Positions 16,494 through 25,242 of a stretch of DNA of 64,000 nt are shown piece after piece (position 1 is the first letter of the stretch; each line of letters starts with the position of its first letter). The position numbers were made by a program, and so were the translations under genes. Source of the DNA: Actinomycetota bacterium (lineage in GTDB: Bacteria > Actinomycetota > Acidimicrobiia > Spongiisociales > UBA4744); NCBI GenBank assembly GCA_013152275.1, contig JAADGS010000092.1:12793-76792 (forward strand), read 5' to 3'. Under the pieces are notes generated by a model that was given only the letters and a program-made list of their open reading frames with translations, was not told the origin of the DNA and made no database searches.

Positions 16494-17685
16494 GGATTTG
16501 GAGGATGTCGAGCAGCCCCCGCAGTTTCGCCTCGGTCTCCGCCACTTCGGCCACCACGTTCGAGTCCCGCACGATCCCGGCACCCGCGTACACGCGTGCC
16601 TCGTGGTTCCGAAGAAGGGCGCAGCGCAGGGCCACGGCCGCCTCCCCATCGCCGGAGGCGTCGGTCCATCCGACACCGCCCGCATACCAACCCCGATCGA
16701 TCGCTTCGACCTCTCGAATGTAGGCGAGGGCGGCGGCGGTGGGTGTGCCGCACACCGCGGGGGTCGGGTGCAGCGCCAGAGCGAGTTGGAGCACGCCCAT
16801 CGGCCTGGCGAGCAGCCCCCGGATCTCCGTCCCCAGGTGCAGGATGTTGGCGAGGCGCATGACCGTCGGACCGCCGGGAACCGACAGCTCCGACGTCAAC
16901 GGACCCAGCACGCGGACGATGTCATCGACGACGAACTGATGCTCCCTACGATCCTTCGCGCTCTCCAGCAGCGTCCGCGCCGACTCCTCGTCCTCGATCG
17001 AGCCCCTGCCACGCACCGCGCTGCCCGCCAGCGGAAACGATCGGATCGATGCCCCCCACCGTTCCACGAGCAACTCCGGGCTGGCACCCACGAACGCACT
17101 CCCATTCTCCACCCACCCGTACGCGAACGCGTCCGGAAACCGTTCCCGGAGCAAGGCCACGACGTCGAACGGCCGGATGTCGTCGAAGGCCAGCATCACC
17201 GAACGCGCCAACACGACCTTGGAGAGAAGCCCGGCTTCGATCGTCTCGCGTGCCCGTTCGACCATGTCCGCCCACACGTCGGATTCGGGATCCCTGGCCG
17301 TCACCCGGCCGACCGGCACGAGCGTCTCTCCCGGGTGATCGAGCCGACGGAGCATCGCCGGCATCTCCTCCTGGCCCGGAGCGATGCGAAGACGGCCTCC
17401 TCCCTCTCCCTTGACCAGGGTCACCGCCGGCAGGACGACGCTTCCGGTCTTCTTGGAACCGTCGAACGGAAACGCGAAGAACAGCCTGCCCTCGGAGGGA
17501 GGCCGAGCCAGGAGATCATCGCTGCGCCAGGCCACACCGACCCCGACTGCTTCCTCCCGACCTCCGAAGAAGAAGACGGGAGCGCCGGCGCGCGACGCTG
17601 CGCGGGCGAGATCGATCGGTTGCACCGCGCATGGCACCGACAGGCCCGCCGCCAGGTCGGTGCAGACATCGTTGGGAAAAAGCAC
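16480..17685 (-). CDS. menF: Isochorismate synthase (menaquinone-specific)
   Basis: Chorismate-binding enzyme motifs (PELLVER..., SFPLAGSAVRG, GWYAGGVGW). The longest ORF extends to 17793 and would overlap the upstream hydrolase by ~100 nt. A GTG at ~17685 (VLFPNDV) gives a 10-bp spacer and is preferred. Confidence 0.8.
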   Translation of the reverse strand: MLFPNDVCTDLAAGLSVPCAVQPIDLARAASRAGAPVFFFGGREEAVGVGVAWRSDDLLARPPSEGRLFFAFPFDGSKKTGSVVLPAVTLVKGEGGGRLRIAPGQEEMPAMLRRLDHPGETLVPVGRVTARDPESDVWADMVERARETIEAGLLSKVVLARSVMLAFDDIRPFDVVALLRERFPDAFAYGWVENGSAFVGASPELLVERWGASIRSFPLAGSAVRGRGSIEDEESARTLLESAKDRREHQFVVDDIVRVLGPLTSELSVPGGPTVMRLANILHLGTEIRGLLARPMGVLQLALALHPTPAVCGTPTAAALAYIREVEAIDRGWYAGGVGWTDASGDGEAAVALRCALLRNHEARVYAGAGIVRDSNVVAEVAETEAKLRGLLDILQIPPFS

Positions 17686-17695
17686 GGGACCGAGT

Positions 17696-18487
17696 TTACG
17701 GAGCCACGAAGGACACGATCTGCGCTGCGACGAGGTCCGGCCGCTCCATGGGAGCGAAGTGCGAGGCGTTCGGCAGTATCTCGAACCGTGCATTCGGAAT
17801 CAGCGCGGTGAACTCGGCGATGTAGTCGGCGGTGAATGCGGCGGATCGTTCACCGGCGAGCACCAGAACGGGCAGGTCCAGTTCCCCCAGGCGCAAGTAG
17901 GCGCCGTGAGTGATACCACCGCGGTACACCTCCGCCTCGACCTCCGGCCGGCACTTCAGCCGCCAGACACCGTCTCTTTCGACGAGACCTCCGCGCACAT
18001 AGGCTTCGAGGGCACGCCGATCCCACGATGCGAACGGTCTGCGGTAATGCTCGACCGCCGCATCGATACTCTTGAATCCGTCCCTGCGCCGTAAGGCGCC
18101 CTGGACAAGCAGAGACAGCTCTCTCCTCCCGACCGCGAGCGGGAAGATCACGGGCTCGATCAGAACGAGCCCGGCGAACCTGCCCGGAGCCAGCAACTCG
18201 GCCATGGCGAGCGCCGCACCACCCATCGAATGTCCGACACCGACGACCGGCTCGGTGATCCCCGAGATGACCTCGAGCCCGTGCCTGGCGAAGTCCCACC
18301 AGTCGACCGGAAAGGAGGACAACGGCTCGGCGTCACCGTGTCCGGGCGCATCCCAGGCGATGATCGATCGCTCCTCCCCGGCGGCGCGCAGTTCGGTGAC
18401 CACCGGCGCCCACACCTCCTTGCAGAACCCCGTTGCGTGAGCGAGGGCAAGCCGGCCGTGCCCGGATGCGGGCCAACGCCGGGTCAA
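17696..18487 (-). CDS. Alpha/beta-hydrolase (second MenH-like candidate)
   Basis: Nucleophile elbow GHSMGG, HG motif in WDAPGHG, C-terminal His (NASHFAP). It lies upstream of menF in the same orientation. Confidence 0.65.
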   Translation of the reverse strand: MTRRWPASGHGRLALAHATGFCKEVWAPVVTELRAAGEERSIIAWDAPGHGDAEPLSSFPVDWWDFARHGLEVISGITEPVVGVGHSMGGAALAMAELLAPGRFAGLVLIEPVIFPLAVGRRELSLLVQGALRRRDGFKSIDAAVEHYRRPFASWDRRALEAYVRGGLVERDGVWRLKCRPEVEAEVYRGGITHGAYLRLGELDLPVLVLAGERSAAFTADYIAEFTALIPNARFEILPNASHFAPMERPDLVAAQIVSFVAP

Positions 18488-19119
18488 GCGTCATCCACGT
18501 CGAACGTGATGTGCGATTCCAGCCTGACGACGCCGTCGATGCGGCGAATCAGCTCCTCCAACAGGCGGGCGTCCGTCGCCGTCGGCACGATCCCGGAGAC
18601 GGTGACGACGCCGTCCTTGACCGTCACGTCGATGCTGTCGGCTTCGAGGAGCAGCACCCTTCGGACGATGTCCTCGCGGATCTCGTCCTCGATGACGTCG
18701 TCCGGACGGGTGAACACCGCGACGACATCGGCCCGGCTCACGATCCCGACCAGCTTGCCCCCTGCGCCCACCACCGGCAGCCGCTTGACATGATGGTGCG
18801 CCATGACACGGGCCGCTTCGGTGACGCTCGCTTCGGGAAAGATCACGACAGGATCCCTGGTCATCACCTCGCCCACCGTCTCCGCGTCGACGACGGACTC
18901 ACGCTCTTTGAACATTGCATTGAGCAGCCGCCGCCGGGAACGGTCCGCTTCGCGCTCCAGGAAATCGGCTTCGGTGATGATTCCCACCAGTTCGCCCGAT
19001 TCGTCGATGACCGGCAGGCCGCTGACACCTGCTCTCACCATCTTGCGAGCGGCTTCCTTCAACGAGGTCGAAGGGCTCGTTGTCAGCACGTCCATGGTCA
19101 TAATGTCGAGCACCCTCAT
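18484..19119 (-). CDS. CBS-pair plus BON domain protein (Hrp1-like hypoxic response protein architecture)
   Basis: Two CBS repeats (VMTMDVLTTSP...; VGEVMTRDPVVIF...) and a C-terminal BON-like segment. It has a 4-nt overlap with the USP gene. Confidence 0.75.
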   Translation of the reverse strand: MRVLDIMTMDVLTTSPSTSLKEAARKMVRAGVSGLPVIDESGELVGIITEADFLEREADRSRRRLLNAMFKERESVVDAETVGEVMTRDPVVIFPEASVTEAARVMAHHHVKRLPVVGAGGKLVGIVSRADVVAVFTRPDDVIEDEIREDIVRRVLLLEADSIDVTVKDGVVTVSGIVPTATDARLLEELIRRIDGVVRLESHITFDVDDA

Positions 19120-19565
19120 TCGAACGGTCCTTTCACAACCAGGACGTCACACGGCGAGATGTGCACGATCCTGTGACTCGTACTGCCCAGCACCAACGCT
19201 GCGAGCTCCCCCCTCCCCCGGGAGCCGACAACGATGAGGTCTGCCTCCACCTTCTTCGCGTACTCGACGATCGCGTCCGCCGGATACCCGTCCAGGTCGA
19301 CCCGGTGCATTTGCACCGACGCTCCTTCGACCACCGGATCGATGACGTCCCACACCATCTGGCGCTGCGCCTGCTCCAGTGATGCGAGGTCTGCGGGCAC
19401 CTGGCTGAGGGCGCCGAGAAGGGCGCTGGGAATATGCATGACGTGTATGACGTGCAGCTCGGCGCCCCACGCCTCGGCGAACTGGACCGCCCTCCGAAGC
19501 GCCACGGTCGAACGATCGGATCCATCCGCTCCGACGACGATGATCATGACAATGCATCTCCCCAC
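19116..19565 (-). CDS. Universal stress protein (UspA family)
   Basis: Motifs IIVVGADGSDRS...LIVVGSRGRGELAALVLGSTSHRIVHISPCDVLVV are typical of USP. The true start may be the internal MIIVV (19547). Confidence 0.85.
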   Translation of the reverse strand: MGRCIVMIIVVGADGSDRSTVALRRAVQFAEAWGAELHVIHVMHIPSALLGALSQVPADLASLEQAQRQMVWDVIDPVVEGASVQMHRVDLDGYPADAIVEYAKKVEADLIVVGSRGRGELAALVLGSTSHRIVHISPCDVLVVKGPFE

Positions 19566-20230
19566 TGCTCGGGTGCGTACTCCCGTTCCCGTTTGGCCGC
19601 CAGGCGGGCCGAGAACGCAGCCGCTTCCGTCCGCCGGGTCATCCCAAGTTTGTTGAGCAGGTTCGAGACGTAGTTCTTGACCGTCTTCTCGGCCAGGAAC
19701 AACCTCTCGGCGATCTCCTTGTTCGTAAGACCCTCGGAGATCAGGTCCAGGATGTTGCGCTCCTGCGGTGAGAGGCGCGCGATCAGCGGGTCGGTCGGTT
19801 CGTCGCCCCGAATCCTGCGGAAGACATGCTCGGTCATCGTCGGATCGAGCAGCGACTCTCCCGCCCCGACCCGGCGGATACTGTCGATGAGCTGACGCGC
19901 ATCGACCCTCTTGAGCACGTAGCCGGCCGCCCCGGCGACGATCGAGGCGAACAGCGCCTCCTCATCGGCAAACGACGTCAGCATCAGAACACGCACCTCG
20001 GGCCACCGCTCCCTGATCTCCCGGCACGCCTCGATCCCGGTTCCGTCCGGAAGGCGCACATCCATCACCACGACTTCGGGAGAGTCGTATCCGACCCTCC
20101 GGATGGCCTCCTCGGCCGTCCCCGCCTCGCCCACCACTTCGAGGCCTTCCTCGCCTTCGAGCAGCATGACGAGGCCCTTCCTCACGATCTCGTGGTCATC
20201 GACGATCAGTATCCGCAATCTGCCTTCCTC
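19544..20230 (-). CDS. NarL/LuxR-family two-component response regulator (DosR/DevR-like)
   Basis: REC domain LRILIVDDHEIVRKGL...VVMDVRLPDGTGIEA...LMLTSF. C-terminal HTH LuxR (LSPQERNILDLISEGLTNKEIAERLFLAEKTVKNYVSNLLNKLG). TTG start with GGAGGAAGG RBS at ~20230. The longest ORF to 20956 is antisense to the kinase gene region. Confidence 0.85.
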   Translation of the reverse strand, partial: EEGRLRILIVDDHEIVRKGLVMLLEGEEGLEVVGEAGTAEEAIRRVGYDSPEVVVMDVRLPDGTGIEACREIRERWPEVRVLMLTSFADEEALFASIVAGAAGYVLKRVDARQLIDSIRRVGAGESLLDPTMTEHVFRRIRGDEPTDPLIARLSPQERNILDLISEGLTNKEIAERLFLAEKTVKNYVSNLLNKLGMTRRTEAAAFSARLAAKREREYAPEQWGDALS

Positions 20231-20389
20231 CTTACCCCCAAGGCTACCGGGTGATCGTTCCTGTCGCTGCCACCGGCGGCCGGTCATCGGGCGACAGCCG
20301 GTCGTCGGCGGGTAGAAATCGCGACGCTCGCCCCACGGTCCTGGTGCCGGACAGGTCGCGATACCGGGTACCCGGAAGGTCACTAGCCT

Positions 20390-21511
20390 ATGCATGTGGA
20401 CCGACCGACGATCCCGGCCTCGCGCCTCGCCGATCTCATCAGTGCCGCCGCGGCGGTGACCGGACAAACCGAGCTGACGGCCGTGCTGGAAACCGTTGTC
20501 GCAACGGCCAAGGAACTCACCGGTGCGCCGTTCGGTGCGCTCGGTGTCGTCAGCGAGAAAGGGCAGCTGATCCAGTTCGTCCATCAGGGCGTCCCGGAGG
20601 AGATCGTCGAGATGATCGGCGGCCCGCCGGAGGGCAAGGGGCTGCTCGGCGCAGTCACGTGGCAGCCCGACCCTATCCGGCTCGACCGCACGCAGACGCA
20701 CCCACGAGCGACCGGGTTTCCCGATCATCACCCCAAGTTCGAAGGTTTTCTCGGCACGTCGATCCGTATCGGCGAAGACATCTTCGGCAATCTCTACCTG
20801 GGAGCGTCCGACGGCGGCTTCACCGAGCAGGACGAGACGCTGATTCGCGCGCTGGCCCTCATCGCGGGGTCCGCCATCTCCACGATCCGCGTTCAGGCGC
20901 GTCTGCGCAGGGCAGCGGTCCTCGAAGACCGCCAGCGCATCGCCCGGGATCTGCACGACTCCATCATCCAGGATCTCTTCGCCGTCGGTCTGTCACTCCA
21001 GGCGTTGACCGCCAAGCTGGTCGACCAGGAGATGCGGGAGCGCCTCGAAGAAGCCGCTTCGCACCTCGATGCTTCGATCACCTCGTTGCGACGGTTCATC
21101 TTCGATCTCCGCCCCCCGACGTTGGGCGCGCGCAACCTCAAGGACGAACTCTCCGAGCTGCTGGGGCGGCTCGCCGTCCCCTACGAGGCGAGCATCGGGA
21201 TCGGCGTCACCGGGCCGGTCGACGACCTGCCCAATGAGATCATCGAAGACACGCTCCACATCATCCGGGAGGCGGTGAGCAACGCGTTGCGGCACTCCGG
21301 AGCGGATGTCGTGAGTGTCTCGGTGAGCCGCGGCATCGATCGGCTGGTCCTCGCTGTCTCCGACCGTGGGAAGGGGTTCGATCTCGAAACCGTCACACGG
21401 GGAATGGGTCTCGACAACATCCGCAGCCGTGCCGAAACGGCGGGTGGAGAAGCCGACATCACCAGCCGTCCCGGTGGGGGGACGACCATCCGGGTCGTGC
21501 TTCCCCTGTAG
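20390..21511 (+). CDS. GAF-domain sensor histidine kinase (HisKA_3/NarX-type, DosS/DosT-like)
   Basis: N-terminal GAF domain. H-box ARDLHDSIIQDLFAVGL. HATPase_c N, G1 and G2 boxes (EAVSNALRHSGA, DRGKGF, GMGLDNIRSRAETAGG). It is divergent from the response regulator. Confidence 0.85.
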   Translation: MHVDRPTIPASRLADLISAAAAVTGQTELTAVLETVVATAKELTGAPFGALGVVSEKGQLIQFVHQGVPEEIVEMIGGPPEGKGLLGAVTWQPDPIRLDRTQTHPRATGFPDHHPKFEGFLGTSIRIGEDIFGNLYLGASDGGFTEQDETLIRALALIAGSAISTIRVQARLRRAAVLEDRQRIARDLHDSIIQDLFAVGLSLQALTAKLVDQEMRERLEEAASHLDASITSLRRFIFDLRPPTLGARNLKDELSELLGRLAVPYEASIGIGVTGPVDDLPNEIIEDTLHIIREAVSNALRHSGADVVSVSVSRGIDRLVLAVSDRGKGFDLETVTRGMGLDNIRSRAETAGGEADITSRPGGGTTIRVVLPL

Positions 21512-21575
21512 GCGGACCGACTGCGCACGGACCATCTCGCGGAGTACGATTGCCCTGAACCAAGTAAAGGACGCC

Positions 21576-21833
21576 ATGCAACTCGACGAGCAATCCAAGA
21601 AGACCGTCCTTCCCCGGCTTCGCCGCATCGAAGGCCAGGTGGCCGGGATCATCCGCATGATCGAGGACGGTCGCGAATGTACCGAAATCCTCACGCAGGT
21701 GGCCGCCGCATCGAAGGCTCTCGACAAGGTCGGATTCAAGCTTCTCGCCGCCAACCTCACACGCTGCATTCTCGAAGATGCGGACTTCAAGGACACGGCT
21801 TCTCTGGAGAAGCTCTTCATGACCCTCGCCTGA
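21576..21833 (+). CDS. CsoR/RcnR/FrmR-family (DUF156) transcriptional repressor; candidate Cys-Asn-Cys ligand set (CstR-like?)
   Basis: 85 aa beginning MQLDEQSKKTV, with the conserved RLRRIEGQVAGIIRMIEDGRECTEIL...ANLTRCILED. Asn sits at the position where copper-sensing CsoR proteins carry a ligand His. The longer ORF from 21366 lacks homology. Confidence 0.7.
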   Translation: MQLDEQSKKTVLPRLRRIEGQVAGIIRMIEDGRECTEILTQVAAASKALDKVGFKLLAANLTRCILEDADFKDTASLEKLFMTLA

Positions 21834-21886
21834 GGAGACCGGCCGAATCGCTTCGCCCGCCGCACGCGGCAGCACGACATCGGGAC

Positions 21887-21960
21887 CCCACTCCAACCGT
21901 TCTCGTGACGCTTCACGGGAATAATCCGGCCCAACCGTCACGAGAACGGGGTTGGTGGGG
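21887..21960. repeat. REP-like palindromic element copy 2 (extended arms CCCCACTCCAACCGTTCTCGTGACG...CGTCACGAGAACGGGGTTGGTGGGG); loop ggaataatcc is inverted relative to copies 1 and 3
   Basis: Read directly from the sequence. It lies between the convergent csoR-like gene and the aminotransferase gene. Confidence 0.8.
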
Positions 21961-21972
21961 TCGGATGCGTCC

Positions 21973-23172
21973 TCAGGACCGCAAGAAGGCTGCAATCCCT
22001 TCCAGCAGCCGGTCGATGTCGTCCTCGTCGTTGAAGAAGTGGACACTCGCCCGAACCCCTCCGGTATCGGCGGTGTACCGCTGGGACACGAAGATCCGCT
22101 TGGCCAGCAAGAACTCGAGGCACGCGCGATCCCTGTCACGGCTCCCGAGGGAGCACGAGACGATCCCGCTGCGATGCGCCGCTTCGAACGGCGTCTCGAG
22201 TCCGACGTCCAGTCGCCTGAAACCTTCGATGAGCCGCCCACCGAGATCCCACACGCGTGCGGCCACCGCATCCATGCCGATCTCGTTGACCAGCTCGACG
22301 CTCTTCGCCAAGGCGATGCTTCCCGGATAATTGGCGGTCCCGGCGATCTCGAAACGCTTGGCATCGTCGACGAACTCGTAGGCGCGGTCAGGCGTGATGT
22401 CGGGTGTCGAGAAGTATCGACCCCAGCCACCTTCCGGCGGTTGGAGGGCCAGATAACCCCAGCTTGCCGGGTCGAGTTGGGTCAAGACCCGTTTCGAGAG
22501 GTACATGAAGCCGGTCCCCATCGGGGCGTTGAGCCATTTGTGGCCACCGGCTATGAGGAAGTCCACACCATCGAGGTCGAAGGGAACAGCGCCCGCCTGC
22601 TGGATACCGTCGACCACGAGCCACGCCCCCACCGAGTGGGCGACTTCGGCCAGGCCGCTCAGATCGATCCGATAGCCATTGCTCCACTGTGTGGAGCTCA
22701 CGACGATGGCCCGCGTGGACGGGCCCACCTTGGCGGCATAGGCATCCACGTCCGCCACGCCGTCACGATGACGTACGAACCGCAGTTCGACCCCGTTCTG
22801 CGCGGACAACTTCGCGAAGGGGATGGCCACCTGAAGGAACTCGAGATCACACATGACGATGTCGTCACCGGCCTGCCAGGGAATCGACTGGGCCGCGATA
22901 TTGAGGCCGTGGGTCGTGCTCTCGATCTGAGCGATCTGATCGACGCCACAACCGAGCATCCGGGCAACCTCTCGGGTCGCCTGCTCCCGTTGCTGATCCA
23001 TCCAGATGTGATGCTCGGTGGCGGAGTCGGCCTCCGGTCTCACCAGCCGTGACGAGAACTGCCGAACCGCTTCGTGTGCACGCCGGGGCAACAGGCTCAC
23101 ACAGGCCGCGTCGAGAAACGTCCGATCGTCAAGGCCCGGGAACTCCGCTGCAACCGACACCCAGTCTGTCAT
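21973..23172 (-). CDS. Class V (fold type I) PLP-dependent aminotransferase / cysteine-desulfurase-like enzyme
   Basis: Aminotran_5 features: the GGHKWLNAPMG PLP-lysine region and the SSTQWSNGYRID motif. Start MTDWVSV at 23172; the upstream ORF extension has no RBS context. Confidence 0.75.
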   Translation of the reverse strand: MTDWVSVAAEFPGLDDRTFLDAACVSLLPRRAHEAVRQFSSRLVRPEADSATEHHIWMDQQREQATREVARMLGCGVDQIAQIESTTHGLNIAAQSIPWQAGDDIVMCDLEFLQVAIPFAKLSAQNGVELRFVRHRDGVADVDAYAAKVGPSTRAIVVSSTQWSNGYRIDLSGLAEVAHSVGAWLVVDGIQQAGAVPFDLDGVDFLIAGGHKWLNAPMGTGFMYLSKRVLTQLDPASWGYLALQPPEGGWGRYFSTPDITPDRAYEFVDDAKRFEIAGTANYPGSIALAKSVELVNEIGMDAVAARVWDLGGRLIEGFRRLDVGLETPFEAAHRSGIVSCSLGSRDRDRACLEFLLAKRIFVSQRYTADTGGVRASVHFFNDEDDIDRLLEGIAAFLRS

Positions 23173-23347
23173 GACAATCTCCTTCGATAGCAGGTGAATC
23201 CTATCCGTTTCGTCCAAGATGAAACCCTCATGGCACGGCCGCATCGATGGCCCGTGGCCGGTGTGGACCACCCGCCCATCGGATGCAACTCGACCCGCTC
23301 GCGTCGATGCGCCGTCTCGCAGTTCCGGGCGCAACGGAACCGCCGAC

Positions 23348-24364
23348 TCATCGTGCGCGAGAACGAAGCAACGGCCACTTGAGTTCGTGTCCTCCGGTGA
23401 TTCCGTCGGGTCGGAAGAGCAGGACGAGCAGCATGACGAGCCCCAAGGTCACCAGACGGGTTCCCGTGGGCAGATTGATCGTGTGCCCCACCAGTGTCAC
23501 CCCGTTCTCCATCTCGATCAGAAGGGCACTGAGGCCGGCGACGAACACGGCCCCGATCACCGCACCCCAGAGGCTTCCGATCCCACCGACGACGAGCATG
23601 GCCAGTGTGACGAAAGTGAGGTCGAGGAACACCTGCTCGGTCGTGATGCTGCCCAGCAGGTGCACGAGCAGTCCCCCGCTGAACCCCGCCAAGGCTCCGC
23701 TCAGCGTGAACGCGAGGAGCCGCTGGCGGTGAACTTCGATGCCCGACCCCTCGGCCGCGGCGAGGTCCTCCCGAGTCGCCCTCAGCATCCTGCCCCACCG
23801 TGAACGCTGGTAGACGAAGGCAATCCCCATGACCAGCAACACACCGACCGTCGCCTGCACGAAGCCGGTCGTCGCCGGAACCAGAGCCAGCGTCTTGGCG
23901 CCCGGACCGATGTACTCCCAGTTCCGCAGCACGTTGTGCGTGATGATGAGGACGGCGAAGGTCCCGATGCCGGCGGAAAGCCCGTTGAGACGCATCAGCG
24001 GGATCCCCACCCAGAAGGCATAGATGCCTCCGACCAGCGCCGCCAGGATCAGGGATTCGACGTTGTTCAACTGGAGGTGGGCCAGAAACGGCGCCATGTT
24101 CGAAAACGTCGACGGTTTCACGGCGACGGGCACGGTGGCGAGACCCGCGGCGAAGGCACCGACGGCGGCGAAACTGATGTGACCGAACGAGATCACACCC
24201 GAGTTCCCGACAAAGACGTAGATCGACAGGACGATGGCGGTCGTCACCAGCACCGACCGGAACTGCAGCTGCAGCGTCGCGGATGTCACGCTCCCGACGA
24301 GTGCGACGATGACAACGAGCAGAGCGGGTCCGACGAGCTGCCACGTTCGTGAGGGCCGGGTCAT
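23348..24364 (-). CDS. livM: Branched-chain amino acid (HAAT family) ABC transporter permease, LivM-type
   Basis: ~338 aa polytopic membrane protein with a BPD_transp_2 profile. Its start overlaps the livH stop (ATGA). The 646-aa ORF is an artefactual upstream extension. Confidence 0.85.
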   Translation of the reverse strand: MTRPSRTWQLVGPALLVVIVALVGSVTSATLQLQFRSVLVTTAIVLSIYVFVGNSGVISFGHISFAAVGAFAAGLATVPVAVKPSTFSNMAPFLAHLQLNNVESLILAALVGGIYAFWVGIPLMRLNGLSAGIGTFAVLIITHNVLRNWEYIGPGAKTLALVPATTGFVQATVGVLLVMGIAFVYQRSRWGRMLRATREDLAAAEGSGIEVHRQRLLAFTLSGALAGFSGGLLVHLLGSITTEQVFLDLTFVTLAMLVVGGIGSLWGAVIGAVFVAGLSALLIEMENGVTLVGHTINLPTGTRLVTLGLVMLLVLLFRPDGITGGHELKWPLLRSRAR

Positions 24365-25242
24365 ACGCGCTCCGTGTTCTGACTCCGACCGGCGAACAGC
24401 CCGGCCGGTTTGACGAGCAGGACGGTGATCACGAGAGCGAACAGCACGCTGTTGAGGAACACCCGTTGCGAACCGGGCAACGCCACGCTGATCAGCACGG
24501 TCGCAACTCCGATCGAGAAACCTCCGAGCGTCGCCGGCACGAGTCGATCGATCCCACCGACGACGACGCCGACGAGCGCCGGGATGAGCACCTGGAACCC
24601 GAACGTGGGCGTGACCAACGGTCGCTGAACCGCGAGCGCCAGGGTGACGACTCCGGCCAGCACCCCGCCGAGAAGGAAGGCCGCTCGAACCACACGCGTG
24701 GTCGGGACCCCGAGGAGCTTGGCCATCCGAACGTCTGCAGCCGCCGCCCGCATCTGCAGTCCCAGGTCGGTGCGCCGCAGAAAGAGTGCCATGGCGGCCA
24801 GGGAGAGACTCCCCACGACCAGACCGACGAGCGTGATCCATCTGACCTGGAGCGGGCCGATGCGGAACGCCTGGTTCAGCCCGGAGAGGAAACCGATGTT
24901 CCCGCCCTGGGCGCCGAAGACGACGAGGGCGACATTCTGCAGCAGGAACGACACCGCGAACGTCGCGACGAGCATCGTGGCGGGTGCGACATTCTTCAGT
25001 GGTCGATAGACGATCTCCATCAGTGCGGCGAGCGCGACGACCACGCCGACGGCGATCACCGCCCGAAGGCCGGTTGGAAGATCCTTCGTGAGAAACAGCG
25101 CGTAGGCACCTGCGGTGATCAATTCGCCGTGTGCGAAGTTCACCAGGCGGATGACCCCGAATACGAGACCCACCCCCATGGCGACGAGTGCAAACAGCGT
25201 GCCGAGGGCGATGGCGTCCGGGATCGCCTGGACGATGCTCAT
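24361..25242 (-). CDS. livH: Branched-chain amino acid (HAAT family) ABC transporter permease, LivH-type
   Basis: 293 aa. N-terminus AIALGTLFALVAMGVGLVFGVIRLVNFAHGELITAGAY is the canonical LivH signature. Confidence 0.9.
   Translation of the reverse strand: MSIVQAIPDAIALGTLFALVAMGVGLVFGVIRLVNFAHGELITAGAYALFLTKDLPTGLRAVIAVGVVVALAALMEIVYRPLKNVAPATMLVATFAVSFLLQNVALVVFGAQGGNIGFLSGLNQAFRIGPLQVRWITLVGLVVGSLSLAAMALFLRRTDLGLQMRAAAADVRMAKLLGVPTTRVVRAAFLLGGVLAGVVTLALAVQRPLVTPTFGFQVLIPALVGVVVGGIDRLVPATLGGFSIGVATVLISVALPGSQRVFLNSVLFALVITVLLVKPAGLFAGRSQNTERV

Noticed and set aside
19544-20956. 470-aa ORF fusing the response regulator with 240 upstream codons
   Set aside because: Only the C-terminal ~227 aa match a REC+HTH_LuxR regulator. 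A TTG start with a strong RBS is present at ~20230. The upstream part overlaps the divergent kinase gene region and has no homology.
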